Notes under the pieces: generated by a model
The model's input: only the letters and a program-made list of their open reading frames with translations
Told to the model about the DNA's origin: nothing
The model's database searches: none
In this document: in pieces, positions 11,812 to 22,042 of the stretch
Layout: every line of letters begins with the position of its first letter
Numbering within the stretch: position 1 is the stretch's first letter
Origin: Deltaproteobacteria bacterium
Lineage (GTDB): Bacteria > Myxococcota > Kuafuiibacteriia > Kuafuiibacteriales > Kuafuiibacteriaceae
NCBI GenBank assembly: GCA_040218735.1
Contig: JAVJQW010000008.1
Coordinates: 288,001 to 352,000, forward strand
Length of the DNA stretch: 64,000 bases
Direction: 5' to 3'
Program-made: the position numbers and the translations under genes

Positions 11812-13208
11812 CTGATCCCTACGCCGCGCTCACCGACATCGTTCGCCAGCTCGAGACGGAGCTGGAGTGGGCCGCGCGCACGGGGATCGAGGTCGCCGAG
11901 ATGAAGGCGCCCGCGAAGCGCCCGGAGCCGGCGCCGGAGGCACGCGGGGATCGCGGGGATCGCGGGGATCGCGGAGATCCGCGAGACGCACGCCGCGATG
12001 ATCGCGCGCCACCGCGCGACGATCGCCCGCCCGCGCGCGACGACGACGGCCCCTCGCGTCACGGGCGTGACGACCGTGCGCCGACGCGCAACGATCGCCC
12101 GCCCGCGGATCGTGGGGAGGCCCGCGACGCGCGTTCGCAGGACCGCGGTGCGCCGCGCGACGACCGCGGGCCGCCGCGTGATGATCGCGGCGATGAACGC
12201 CGTGACGATCGCGGGCCCCCGCGCGATGACCGCGGCGACGACCGCCGTGACGACCGCGGGCCGCCGCGTGACGATCGCGGCTACGACCGCCGCGACGATC
12301 GCGGGCCGCCGCGTGACGATCGCGGCGATGACCGCCGCGACGATCGCGGGCCGCCGCGTGACGATCGCGGCTACGACCGCCGCGACGATCGCGGGCCGCC
12401 GCGTGACGATCGCGGCGCTCGGCGGGATGAACGCGGCTACGACCGCCGCGACGATCGCGGCCCCCCGCGCGACGACCGGCTTCCCCGGCGCGACGACCGC
12501 GGCTACGATCGCCGCGACGACCGCGGCCCCCCGCGCGACGACCGAGGCTACGATCGCCGCGACGACCGCGGTCCCCCGCGCGACGACCGCGCGCCTGCGC
12601 GCGAGCCCCTTCACGTGCTCCAGCAGCACCTCGACGCCGCGCCGGACCTCGACGCGATCCGGGCGGTGCTCGGCGACTGCACGCGCTGCAAGCTGCACGG
12701 GCAGGGGCGCCGGCAGATCGTGTTCGGCGTCGGCAACCCGCGCGCCGACATCATGTTCGTCGGCGAGGGGCCGGGCGCCGAGGAGGATCGGCGCGGCGAG
12801 CCGTTCGTCGGCAAGGCCGGGCAGCTCCTGACGCGCATCATCGAGGGCGGCATGGGCCTGCGCCGCGACGACGTCTACATCGCGAACATCGTGAAGTGCC
12901 GCCCGCCGAAGAACCGCGACCCGGAGCCGGACGAGGTCGAGGCGTGCGAGCCGTTCCTCAAGGCGCAGATCCGCGTCGTGCAGCCGAAGGTGATCATCGC
13001 GCTCGGCCGCTACGCCGCCCAGACCATCCTGCGCGAGCGCACCCCCATCACGCGCATGCGCGGTCAGTGGCGCGAGTACGAAGGCATCCCGCTCATGCCG
13101 ACGTACCACCCGGCCTACCTGCTCCGGAACCCGGCCGAGAAGCGCCCCGTCTGGCAGGACATCCAGGCCGTGCTGCAGCGACTCGGCCTCGAGATCCCGC
13201 AGCGGTGA
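11808..13208 (+). CDS. Family-4 uracil-DNA glycosylase with long N-terminal Arg/Asp repeat region
   Basis: [35 protein letters not shown]; ATGA overlap with coaBC. Confidence 0.92.
   Translation: MTDPYAALTDIVRQLETELEWAARTGIEVAEMKAPAKRPEPAPEARGDRGDRGDRGDPRDARRDDRAPPRDDRPPARDDDGPSRHGRDDRAPTRNDRPPADRGEARDARSQDRGAPRDDRGPPRDDRGDERRDDRGPPRDDRGDDRRDDRGPPRDDRGYDRRDDRGPPRDDRGDDRRDDRGPPRDDRGYDRRDDRGPPRDDRGARRDERGYDRRDDRGPPRDDRLPRRDDRGYDRRDDRGPPRDDRGYDRRDDRGPPRDDRAPAREPLHVLQQHLDAAPDLDAIRAVLGDCTRCKLHGQGRRQIVFGVGNPRADIMFVGEGPGAEEDRRGEPFVGKAGQLLTRIIEGGMGLRRDDVYIANIVKCRPPKNRDPEPDEVEACEPFLKAQIRVVQPKVIIALGRYAAQTILRERTPITRMRGQWREYEGIPLMPTYHPAYLLRNPAEKRPVWQDIQAVLQRLGLEIPQR
12159..12590 (+). repeat. Coding tandem repeat, ~45-bp unit encoding [11 protein letters not shown](Y/D)DRR; nine DDRGPPR copies
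   Basis: Directly visible in DNA and translation; preceded by (GGGGATCGC)n encoding RGD repeats near 11944-11975. Confidence 0.95.
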
Positions 13209-13261
13209 GCGCGCCCACGCTTGCGTCGAGCGCGCTCCGTTCGCGATCATCCTCCGCGACG

Positions 13262-14347
13262 ATGCGGCGCCTCTCTGCCATCGCGTTCCTGACGCTCGCT
13301 GCGTGCTCCGGCGGCGACGACGGCGACGACGCCCCGCCGCAGACGAGCGGCATCGCCCTCGACGCGCTGTGCGCCGAGCTCGCCGAAGCCGACTGCGACC
13401 GCGCGCAGGCGTGTGACCTCCTCGCCGGCAACTTCGATCACGACGCGTGTGTCCGCCGCCAACAGGCCAACTGGTGCGCGCCCACGGTCGCGGCGATCGA
13501 CGCCGCGGTCGACGACGGCGTCGTCGCGTACTTCGAGCTCGCCGCGCGTGAATGCCGCGGGGCCATCACCTCCCGCTCCTGCGCATTCGGCTTCGACTAC
13601 GATCTGCTCGCGCTCCCCGAGTGCCGCGCGATGCTCGAAGCCGCCGGCACCGAGGGCGACGCATGCCCCTTCGACACCGCGTGCGCCGACGGCTTCTGGT
13701 GCGACGCGAGCGCCGCGTGCCCGGGCACCTGCCGACCGTTCCTCGCGAACAACGCCAACTGCACCTTCGGCGACCGCTGCGCCGACGGCCTCTTCTGCGG
13801 CGTCACGTCCCAGCGCTGCCTCGCGCAGGTCGCGCTCGACTCCGTCTGCGAGCTGTCGATCGCCGGCAACAGCTGCCGCCCCGGCGGCTTCTGCGACACG
13901 TCCTCTCCCGGCGAGCCCGTGTGCCGCCCGGTGCGTGGGCGCGGCGAGGGCTGCCAGTCCGACTTCGAGTGCCTGATCGGCGCCGCGTGTATCCGCAACC
14001 GGTGCTCGGCCGGCGAGGACGGCGACAACTGCCAGGACGGCGCCGACTGCGACTTCGGCCTGGTGTGCGGCGGCATGCAGTGCACCGCGCCCCGCGAGCC
14101 GGACGCCCCCTGCAGCGCCGCCGTCCCGTGCCGCGTCGGGTTCCGCTGCATCGAGGGCAGCTGCACGGCGGAGAAACTCGCGGGTGAAGCCTGCATCGGC
14201 GACGACGAGTGTCTCCTCGGCCGCTGCGAGGACGACCTCTGCGTCGAGGCCTTCGACGACGGCGTCACCTGCACGATGTCGCGCGAGTGCCTCCCCGATC
14301 GCACCTGCGACGACGTCTGCACCGCAATCCCGCTGGCGTGCGGCTAA
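13262..14347 (+). CDS. Cys-rich repeat lipoprotein (myxobacterial, Dickkopf-like repeats)
   Basis: MRRLSAIAFLTLAAC lipobox; repeated GxxCxxxxxCxxGLxC units. Confidence 0.8.
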   Translation: MRRLSAIAFLTLAACSGGDDGDDAPPQTSGIALDALCAELAEADCDRAQACDLLAGNFDHDACVRRQQANWCAPTVAAIDAAVDDGVVAYFELAARECRGAITSRSCAFGFDYDLLALPECRAMLEAAGTEGDACPFDTACADGFWCDASAACPGTCRPFLANNANCTFGDRCADGLFCGVTSQRCLAQVALDSVCELSIAGNSCRPGGFCDTSSPGEPVCRPVRGRGEGCQSDFECLIGAACIRNRCSAGEDGDNCQDGADCDFGLVCGGMQCTAPREPDAPCSAAVPCRVGFRCIEGSCTAEKLAGEACIGDDECLLGRCEDDLCVEAFDDGVTCTMSRECLPDRTCDDVCTAIPLACG

Positions 14348-14371
14348 GAGCGTCGCTACCCTCGCGCCCTC

Positions 14372-15172
14372 GTGAACGCGTGGCTGCAAGCGCTGGTGCT
14401 CGGCATCATTCAGGGGCTCACGGAGTTTCTGCCCGTCTCTTCGTCCGGGCACCTCGTCCTGTTCCAGCAGTGGCTCGGTGAGGCGTTCTCGTTCAAGAAC
14501 GAGGCGCTCGCGTTCGACCTCGCGCTGCACGTCGGCACGCTGATCCCCGTCATCTACTTCTACCGCGCCGACGTGAAGCGCATCGCGACGAGCGTCCTCA
14601 CGTTCAAACGCGACGACGACTTCAACATGGCCGTCTACGTCGTCCTCGCGACGATCCCCACCGGCCTGATGGGCGTGCTCCTGAAGGATCACTTCGAGCA
14701 GATCTTCCACTCGGTGCGCGCCGTATGCATCGCGCTGCTCTTCACCGGCGCGCTCCTGATGGCGACGAAGTTCCTCGAGAAGGATCAGAACGCCGCGCGC
14801 CCGCTCACCGCGTGGATGGCGCTCGCGATCGGTGTCGCCCAAGGCTTCGCGATCACCCCCGGCATCAGCCGCTCCGGCACGACGATCGCCGTCGCGCTGA
14901 TGCTCGGACTCGCGCGCGAACGCGCCGCGACGTTCTCCTTCCTCCTGTCGATCCCCGCGATCCTCGGCGCCGTCGTCCTCACCGCGAAGGACGGCGTGAC
15001 GTTCGACACCGCGTCGCTCGGGCCCCTCGCGGTCGGCTTCTTCGCGGCGATGATCGTCGGCTACCTCGCGCTCGCGATGCTCGTGGCGCTGGTCAAGAAG
15101 GGCGGCCTGTACCGCTTCGCGTTCTACGTTTGGCCCGTGGCCATCATCGGCCTCATACTCGACGTGCTCTGA
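14372..15172 (+). CDS. uppP: Undecaprenyl-diphosphate phosphatase (BacA)
   Basis: GIIQGLTEFLPVSSSGHL and PGISRSGTTI motifs. Confidence 0.95.
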   Translation: MNAWLQALVLGIIQGLTEFLPVSSSGHLVLFQQWLGEAFSFKNEALAFDLALHVGTLIPVIYFYRADVKRIATSVLTFKRDDDFNMAVYVVLATIPTGLMGVLLKDHFEQIFHSVRAVCIALLFTGALLMATKFLEKDQNAARPLTAWMALAIGVAQGFAITPGISRSGTTIAVALMLGLARERAATFSFLLSIPAILGAVVLTAKDGVTFDTASLGPLAVGFFAAMIVGYLALAMLVALVKKGGLYRFAFYVWPVAIIGLILDVL

Positions 15173-16518
15173 AGATCCGTTGCCATGCGTGCGGGCACGC
15201 GTTCGACGCGCCCGCCGGAAGCGTCGAGGTGAAGTGCTCCGAGTGCGGCACACGCATCACGCTCACCGCGATGGAGACCCGCGCCAAACCCGGCGCGTCG
15301 GACGCCGTCGACGGCCACGCGCTCCTCGGCCGCGTCCTCGGCGGGTACCGACTCGACGCCGTCATCGGCGGCGGCGGCATGGGCATCGTCTTCGAAGCGC
15401 GCCGCACCGCGAAAGCCGAAATCGACGGCCCCGAAGTCGCCGCCGTGAAGGTGCTCTCGTCCGCGTTTGCGCGCGACCCCGACTTCGTGCGCCGCTTCGA
15501 ACGCGAAGCCGACGCCCTCCTCGCGCTCCGCCACGACAACCTGATCCACGTCTTCGGCAAGGGCGAGGACGAAGGCCTGTACTACTTCATCATGGAGCGG
15601 TTCGATGGCGAGGATCTCCGCAGCCTCATCCGCCGCGGTCCGATCGATCGCGACACCGCCGCGAAGATCGTCGCCGCCGCCGCCGCCGGGCTCGCGCACG
15701 CGCACGACCAGGGCGTCGTCCACCGCGACGTGAAGCCCGCCAACATCCTCGTGCGTTGCGACGACGAACGGTGCGTCGTGAAGGTCGTCGACTTCGGCGT
15801 CGCGCAGCTCGCCGCGCCCGACTACACACTCACCGCCCTCACGCACTCGAACCTGATCCTCGGGACAGTGAATTACATGTCGCCCGAGCAGCGCACCGAC
15901 GCCGCGAACATCGATCGCCGCGCCGACATCTACGCGCTCGGCGTCGTCGCCTACGAGCTGCTCACCGGGCGCCTCCCCATCGGCGCCTTCGAGCCGCCGA
16001 GTGGCCTGACGCGCTCGCTCCCCGGCGCGGTCGACAAGGCCGTGCTCTCGGCGCTCCGCCGCGACCCGGCGAAGCGCCCCGCGTCGGTCCTCGCGTTCGC
16101 CGCCGCGCTCGAGAAGGCGCTGCGTCCGTCGCGCACGTGGGCGGTCGTGAGCGCGGGCCTCGCCGCCGCGGCGATCGCGGGGGTCGTCGTCGTCGCGGAC
16201 CCGTTCGCGCCGAAGCCCGTCGAGAAGATCACCGCGGCCGAGCAGGTCGCGAAGGCGCCGGAGCCGGCGAACACCGCGCAGGTCACGGAGGCGCCCGAAG
16301 TAGCGGAAGAGGCGTGGTCACCGCCGCCGCAGTTGGAGCAGGTCGCCGCGCGCATCCGCGAGGACGTCGCGTTCATCGAGAAGCAGTCGGATCCGCCCGC
16401 GCTGACGACGAAGAAGCCGAAGGCGAGGAAACGTCGTGCGAAGGTGCCGCAGAAGATCACTTCGAAGAAGAACGCCTCGAAGAAGGCGCCCTCGAAGAAG
16501 GCCCTCGACGGGCGCTAG
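15169..16518 (+). CDS. Ser/Thr protein kinase with N-terminal zinc ribbon, TM helix and Lys-rich tail
   Basis: GGGGMG, AAVKVL, HRDVKPAN, DFG, YMSPEQ; CHAC...CSEC before kinase domain; start inferred (CTG overlapping uppP stop). Confidence 0.85.
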   Translation: MKIRCHACGHAFDAPAGSVEVKCSECGTRITLTAMETRAKPGASDAVDGHALLGRVLGGYRLDAVIGGGGMGIVFEARRTAKAEIDGPEVAAVKVLSSAFARDPDFVRRFEREADALLALRHDNLIHVFGKGEDEGLYYFIMERFDGEDLRSLIRRGPIDRDTAAKIVAAAAAGLAHAHDQGVVHRDVKPANILVRCDDERCVVKVVDFGVAQLAAPDYTLTALTHSNLILGTVNYMSPEQRTDAANIDRRADIYALGVVAYELLTGRLPIGAFEPPSGLTRSLPGAVDKAVLSALRRDPAKRPASVLAFAAALEKALRPSRTWAVVSAGLAAAAIAGVVVVADPFAPKPVEKITAAEQVAKAPEPANTAQVTEAPEVAEEAWSPPPQLEQVAARIREDVAFIEKQSDPPALTTKKPKARKRRAKVPQKITSKKNASKKAPSKKALDGR

Positions 16519-16790
16519 AGCGAGCTCTTCAGGTTCGGCGCGGGTTTGAAGGCCACGGTCTTCGACGCACCGATCTTGATCTCGACGCCAGTGCGCGGGT
16601 TGCGACCGACGCGCGCGGCGCGTTTGCGAAGCGTGAACGTCCCGAAGCCCGGATAAGCGAACCGCTTCTCCTTCTTCACCGACTTCGCGATGTGGTCGAA
16701 GACTTCATCGACGAGCTGCCCGAGGGCCCGCTTGGAGAGGTCCTTCCCGGCCCCTTTTTGCAGCTTTTCGATGAGTTCCGCTTTGGTCAT
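16515..16790 (-). CDS. hup: HU family DNA-binding protein
   Basis: MTKAELIE, GFGTF, RVGRNPRTG, FKPAPNLK. Confidence 0.92.
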   Translation of the reverse strand: MTKAELIEKLQKGAGKDLSKRALGQLVDEVFDHIAKSVKKEKRFAYPGFGTFTLRKRAARVGRNPRTGVEIKIGASKTVAFKPAPNLKSSL

Positions 16791-16850
16791 ACGCGCGACT
16801 TCTCCGCCTCTTCAATGTCTCGAGAGTTGCTCGAACGAGCGTCGGCGAAC

Positions 16851-17999
16851 CTAGGTGCCGGGTTTCGAAGTGTCAACGTGAAGATCGGCGCGCAACACGT
16901 CGTCCGCCGGATCCAAGTATCGCGCCGACGCCCCCGTGTACGTGCGAAACGTCGTCGCGCGTCCGTCGCGATCGACGACCCACTCCGGCAACATCGTCAC
17001 CTTCCCCAGACCGCCCGGCACGTCGACGCAGAACTGCGGGACCGCGAGCCCGCTCATGTGTCCGCGCAGTCCGTCGACGATCGAGAGGCCGACCTCCAGC
17101 GGAGTTCGGAAATGTTCGATGCCCTCCGCCATGTCGCACTGGTGCAAGTAATACGGCGTGACCCGCATCCTCACGAGCCGACGGTTGAGCGCCGCGATCG
17201 ACTCGACGTCGTCGTTGATGCCACGCAACAACACCGTCTGGTTGTAGACGACGAGCCCCGCGTCGACGAGCTTCGCGCACGCCGCTTCGGCTTCGTCGGT
17301 GCACTCCTTCACATGGTTGAAGTGCGTCATCACGTAGACCGGTTTGTACTTCGACAGCACCGACACGAGTCGGTCCGTCACGCGCATCGGGCACGTCACC
17401 GGCATTCGCGTCCCCACGCGAACGATGTCGACGTGCGGCGCCTCGCGAATCCGCGCGAACATGTGGTCGAGCTGGTTGTCGCCGAGCATCAACGCGTCGC
17501 CGCCGGACACGATGACCTCGCGGATCTCCTCGTGCGCCGCGATGTACTCGAACGCCTCGTCGAGTAACGCACGCGTAGACTGCCGCTCGGTGCGTCCGAC
17601 GATCCGACGCCGCGTGCAGAACCGGCAGTACACCGGACACCGATCCGTCGACAGCAACAGCACGCGATCCGGGTAGCGGTGCACGAGGTTCGGCACGACC
17701 TCACGCGGCACCTCGCCGAGCGGGTCGGCGAGCTCGCCGATGCGCACCGTCGCCTCCTCGCGACGCGGCACGATCTGGCGTCGAATCGGACACGTCGGGT
17801 CCGAGGCGTCCGCGAGCAGCGCGTAGTAGGGCGTCACGCCGAACCGGAACAACGCCTTCGTCTCGTCGAACCCGGCGCGCTCCGCGTCGGTGAGGTCCAG
17901 GACGCGCTCCAGCGAAGCGACGTCATCGATGCGGTTCTTGACCTGCCATCCCCACGCGCCGAACTCCTCGTCGGACACGCCTTCGAAACCGCGTCGCAT
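16851..17999 (-). CDS. KamA/EpmB family radical SAM enzyme (lysine 2,3-aminomutase-like)
   Basis: HRYPDRVL, CPVYCRFC, SGGDAL, THFNH, GGLGK. Confidence 0.9.
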   Translation of the reverse strand: MRRGFEGVSDEEFGAWGWQVKNRIDDVASLERVLDLTDAERAGFDETKALFRFGVTPYYALLADASDPTCPIRRQIVPRREEATVRIGELADPLGEVPREVVPNLVHRYPDRVLLLSTDRCPVYCRFCTRRRIVGRTERQSTRALLDEAFEYIAAHEEIREVIVSGGDALMLGDNQLDHMFARIREAPHVDIVRVGTRMPVTCPMRVTDRLVSVLSKYKPVYVMTHFNHVKECTDEAEAACAKLVDAGLVVYNQTVLLRGINDDVESIAALNRRLVRMRVTPYYLHQCDMAEGIEHFRTPLEVGLSIVDGLRGHMSGLAVPQFCVDVPGGLGKVTMLPEWVVDRDGRATTFRTYTGASARYLDPADDVLRADLHVDTSKPGT

Positions 18000-18036
18000 C
18001 TCGACCGATCAAGGACGCCGCGCGGTGCGAGTCAAG

Positions 18037-18738
18037 TCACCGGTCCGCGATGAAGGTGGTGCCCTCTTGCGCGTAGGTCAGCTGCGCCTCGTCGACGCAG
18101 TACGGAAACACCAGCTCGTCGGCCGTGTCCGGGTCGAGCGTGAACCGACTGCCCGCGGCTTCGTACTCGCCGTCCCGGGTGAACGACTGCGTGCCCTGGT
18201 AGTTGCAGTCGCAGCCGCCGTCGGTCTTCGTGCAGGTGGTCCTGCCGCCGAGCAGCGTGACCGTCACGTACGCCTCGGTCTCGGAGCAGTCCTCTCGGCT
18301 GCAGTAGGCCGCGTCGAAGTCGGCGTCGACCGACCAGGTCTGGGCCGCCGTGTAGGTCCCGGCGTCGGCGTTGAAGCTGAGGCGGCCCGAGCCCGCGAAG
18401 GTCGCGTGGCTCACGGTTGCGCCCGGGCAGATGAACTTCAGCTCCATCTCGAACCAGCCGGCCCCGCAGATCTCGTTCAGGTTCCACGCCCCGTCCAGGT
18501 CGCCGCCGCAGGCGTCGGCGAGGCCCCACCCGGGGAGACACGTGGGCGGGCCGCCGTCTCGTGTCGGGCCGCCGTCCCGGGTCGGGCCGCCGTCGGGGGA
18601 GACATTGCCGTCCGGCACGCCGCCGTCGGGGGCGTCGACACACAGGCCGCCCTGGGCGCAGTCGAACCGGTCCGCGTCGAGGTCGCGCTCGACCGAGCAC
18701 CCCGCCAGACCCAGCACGACGAACACCGCCCAACGCAC
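18037..18738 (-). CDS. Cys-containing lipoprotein with DGG linker repeats
   Basis: Lipobox LAGC; PDGG/RDGG repeats; TTG start. Confidence 0.65.
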   Translation of the reverse strand: MRWAVFVVLGLAGCSVERDLDADRFDCAQGGLCVDAPDGGVPDGNVSPDGGPTRDGGPTRDGGPPTCLPGWGLADACGGDLDGAWNLNEICGAGWFEMELKFICPGATVSHATFAGSGRLSFNADAGTYTAAQTWSVDADFDAAYCSREDCSETEAYVTVTLLGGRTTCTKTDGGCDCNYQGTQSFTRDGEYEAAGSRFTLDPDTADELVFPYCVDEAQLTYAQEGTTFIADR

Positions 18739-18792
18739 GCTTCTACCTACCTCGAACCGCGCCTCGGCGGCGCGCTGTGACGGCCGTACGTG

Positions 18793-19011
18793 TCACTTCG
18801 ACTTGTCACTCTCGATCGCGGCCTCGATCTCCTGGAGCTTCGCCTCGAAGTTCTCGGGGGTGATCTCCGCCTCGACCTCCTCCGCGAAGTCGGCCTCCGT
18901 CGGGATCGCGCTGGGCGCCACCACCACCGGCGCGGCCTTCGCGGGCGGCTGCTCCTCGGGGCACGCGGTCAGCGCTCCGAGCACGAACACACCCCCCACG
19001 ATCCGACGCAT
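18793..19011 (-). CDS. Small lipoprotein
   Basis: MRRIVGGVFVLGALTAC lipobox; acidic helical C-terminus; overlaps upstream stop. Confidence 0.65.
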   Translation of the reverse strand: MRRIVGGVFVLGALTACPEEQPPAKAAPVVVAPSAIPTEADFAEEVEAEITPENFEAKLQEIEAAIESDKSK

Positions 19012-19577
19012 CACTTCGCCGCCTCCCGCTTCTCGGCGAGCTTCATGAGCCACATCGAGTGACGCACGCGCTCCTTGTCACGCACCGCTTCGATGCGTCC
19101 GAGCAGGGCGACGTTCCCCTGGTCGGCGGCGAGTGATTCGATGCGATCCAGCTTCGCCATCCGCTTCACGTGAAGCTCCAGCGCCTGCTGGACCGCGGGC
19201 GGGATCTTGCTGGAGGGGAGCACCTTCGCGACCCGCTGCGCCCGCATCGCGCGCGTGCGCTCCGCCTCGCGTTTGTCGGCGCGCCGCGCGGCGATGCGCG
19301 CCTGCACCGCGTCGATCTTCGCCTGGTCCGCGGCCGAGCGCTCGGGCGGCGCATCCTTCGGCGCTTCGGTTTCCTTGGGCACCGGCTTCTTGTTCTTCTT
19401 CGAGGCGCCGACCGCCCGATCCCCGCGCTTCGCGTTGTCGGCGTCGAGCATCGGCCCCGGCGAGCGCTTCGCCGCGGGCCCGCGCACGTTGGGGCGAACC
19501 TGCGACGGCTTCAAGGGTTGCTGCGCGAGCGCAGCGCTCGACACGAACAGGCTCGCCGCGACGACGAGCGCCCTCAC
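19011..19577 (-). CDS. Secreted basic coiled-coil protein
   Basis: Signal peptide VRALVVAASLFVSSAALA; GTGA overlap with helicase stop. Confidence 0.6.
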   Translation of the reverse strand: MRALVVAASLFVSSAALAQQPLKPSQVRPNVRGPAAKRSPGPMLDADNAKRGDRAVGASKKNKKPVPKETEAPKDAPPERSAADQAKIDAVQARIAARRADKREAERTRAMRAQRVAKVLPSSKIPPAVQQALELHVKRMAKLDRIESLAADQGNVALLGRIEAVRDKERVRHSMWLMKLAEKREAAK

Positions 19578-22042
19578 AGCGCCTCCGGCAGCAGCGGCGA
19601 CGGATCGGAGACACTCGTCACCCACAGCTGGTGCACGGCGCGCGTCGCCGCGATGTGCAGCAGGTGCCGCGCCTCGCGCATCGCGGGGTAGGTGTTGTTG
19701 TTCACCTCCGCGAGCACCACGTAGTCGTACTCGAGGCCCTTGATCTGCGTGACGTCCACGACGTCGATGCCCGGCGCAAACGTGAAGTCCTTGCCGTAGA
19801 CCCGACGCAGCGACGGCACCTCCGACTTCTTCAGGCCGCCGTAGTAGATGTCCGCCTGCGCCGCGTAGCGCGCGACCACCGCGATGTTCGCCTTGCGCTC
19901 GCGCAGCACCAACGAACGGAGCGACTCCCCGAGGAACGCGATCGCCTCCCCCGTGGACCCGAAAGTGAACTGCTCCACCGGCGCCCCGCTCCGCGGAACG
20001 ATCGGCGCTTCGGGATCCGCGAGCGGCCCGAGCACGTGCCGAGCGAAGTCGACGATCTGCTGCGTCGAACGGTAGCTGATGCGCAGCTGGTCGATCGTCA
20101 CGCCGGAGATCCCGACGTCCTCCAGCATCGACTCCCAGGTGTCGAACCCGTTGTCGAAGATCAGCTTCTGCGCGGTGTCACCCGCGAGCGTCATGCTCTC
20201 GCGCTTCGTCAACGCACCCCGCAGCACGCCGATGTCCGTCGGCGACAGGTCCTGCGCCTCGTCGACGATCACGTGCTCGTAGCTCACCGTCCGGTTGCTC
20301 CCCGCGATCGGCAGGCCGCCGTACTTGAGCTGCGTGAGCTTCAGGAGCAGGGCGTCGTCGTGTTCGTCGAGCCGGCCGTACGGGAGGTCTTCGTCGAGCT
20401 GACGCCCGTCGATCCCCACGCCGTAGTCCTCTTCGTTCGACGGCTTCTTCTCGCGCGGCGCCGAGAACCCGAGCTGACGCTCCGCCTCCGCGCGCGCCTG
20501 TTTGTCGGCGCCGCGTCCGCCGTCGTCGTCGTCCTTCTTCGACGGCTCGTCCTCGCACTGCATCCCGACCCACTTCACGAGCTCGTCGATGTCCTCGCGG
20601 CTGATCGCGCCGCGACGCTTCAACACCGCCTCGGCGATCAGCTTGCGGTCGGTGAGGAGGTCGGCCCAAGCGGCGTGCACGTCCGACGCCGCGGAGCGCG
20701 CGCGGCGCAGCGCACCGAGCATCGCGTTCTTGCTCTTGCTGGTGACGCCGGCCCGCGACGCGGCGGCCCCCTCCAGCCACTTCGACATCTCGCGGATGCG
20801 CGGCAGCAGCGCGAGCTTCGCGATGCCGTCCCACTTGTCGACGACCGCGTTCTTCGCGGGCGCGTCGGCGCGCTTCGCGAGCTGCTCGCGCACACCGTCG
20901 GCCTCGCGGTCCACACCGAGCTCCAGCACGTTCAACACGCCGGGGTGTTTCTTCAGCTTCGACACCGCCGCGGGGACGTCGCGCACGTACTTCTGCTTCA
21001 GCTCCGGCAGGACCTTCTTGCGCGTGCGCTTCATCCAGTCCTCGAGCGTCACGACCTGCGTACCGCCCACGTCGAGCGACGGGAGGACGCGCGAGATGTA
21101 CTCGGTGAGCGGGGCGCTCTTCACGACCACCGCCATCTTCTTCGCCGAGAACGTCGCCGGATCCGCGAAGTGCAGGTACGCAGCGCGGTGCAGCGCGACC
21201 GTCGTCTTACCGGAGCCGGCGCCGCCCTGAAGGATCACGATCCCGCTCTCGGGCTGCGTGATGAGCTCGAACTGCTTCGGATCGATCAGCGCGGTGATCT
21301 CGCGGAGGTGTTTGTCCTCGCGCAGCGATTCGTCGCCGACCACACCGAGCTGGCCCGGCTCGAACTTCGCCGGCGGCTCGTTGAGGGAAGGCGGCCGCGA
21401 CGCGACCCCCGCGCCCCCCGCCAGCGTCGGCCGACGGTCGATCGGGATCGACACCCACGTGCCATCCCCCCGCCGCGCGACGGAGCCGGTCGCCCACGTC
21501 ACGCGCCGCAACTCACCTTGCACGATGGAGACGGTGCGCCGCGCCTCGACGATCCCCGACACCGGGCGGTTGCCGAACTGCTCGTCGTAGTCGTCGCCCT
21601 CTTCGTAGCAGTAGTAGATCCGGGACACCGGCGCGTTGCGCCAGTCGACGATCGCGACCTCGCTCCCCGGCTTCACGAACGCGCGGCTCCCGATCAGGAC
21701 GTCGCGCACCTTCTTGCCATCGTTGAGCTTGAGGTGTCCGAAGTAGGGGCACTTCGCGTCGACCGGGAGGCTCCGCCCCTTGCCGTTCGCCGCACCGAGC
21801 GCCTGCATTCGGTACATCTCGGCGATCAGCGGCGCGAGGTCCTCGACCCGCGCCTCCGCGATCTGGTCACGCAGCGCGATGAGCTCGGTGTCGTAACCCG
21901 CGGCGCCGGCGCGATCGAGCTCGTCCTGCGCGAGCTGCTTCTGCACCTTCGTCAGGAGGGTGAGCTCCTCGTCGATGACCGCGGCCTCGAGTGTGCCGGG
22001 CTGGACGACATCCAGATCCGTTTTGGGGTTCGGTTTCGTCAC
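19574..22042 (-). CDS. HelD-like superfamily I helicase / RNA polymerase recycling ATPase
   Basis: PYFGHL, DWRNAPVSRIYY, QGGAGSGKTTVALHRAAYL, IVDEAQD, KGLEYD, ATRA; GTG start overlapping M23 stop. Confidence 0.85.
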   Translation of the reverse strand: MTKPNPKTDLDVVQPGTLEAAVIDEELTLLTKVQKQLAQDELDRAGAAGYDTELIALRDQIAEARVEDLAPLIAEMYRMQALGAANGKGRSLPVDAKCPYFGHLKLNDGKKVRDVLIGSRAFVKPGSEVAIVDWRNAPVSRIYYCYEEGDDYDEQFGNRPVSGIVEARRTVSIVQGELRRVTWATGSVARRGDGTWVSIPIDRRPTLAGGAGVASRPPSLNEPPAKFEPGQLGVVGDESLREDKHLREITALIDPKQFELITQPESGIVILQGGAGSGKTTVALHRAAYLHFADPATFSAKKMAVVVKSAPLTEYISRVLPSLDVGGTQVVTLEDWMKRTRKKVLPELKQKYVRDVPAAVSKLKKHPGVLNVLELGVDREADGVREQLAKRADAPAKNAVVDKWDGIAKLALLPRIREMSKWLEGAAASRAGVTSKSKNAMLGALRRARSAASDVHAAWADLLTDRKLIAEAVLKRRGAISREDIDELVKWVGMQCEDEPSKKDDDDGGRGADKQARAEAERQLGFSAPREKKPSNEEDYGVGIDGRQLDEDLPYGRLDEHDDALLLKLTQLKYGGLPIAGSNRTVSYEHVIVDEAQDLSPTDIGVLRGALTKRESMTLAGDTAQKLIFDNGFDTWESMLEDVGISGVTIDQLRISYRSTQQIVDFARHVLGPLADPEAPIVPRSGAPVEQFTFGSTGEAIAFLGESLRSLVLRERKANIAVVARYAAQADIYYGGLKKSEVPSLRRVYGKDFTFAPGIDVVDVTQIKGLEYDYVVLAEVNNNTYPAMREARHLLHIAATRAVHQLWVTSVSDPSPLLPEAL

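Noticed and set aside
12159-12590. Possible CRISPR array
   Set aside because: Units are contiguous, in-frame coding repeats with no unique spacers, and no cas genes are present
16851-17999. RiPP or novel radical SAM cluster
   Set aside because: Motifs are those of the ordinary KamA/EpmB family; no precursor peptide or SPASM domain
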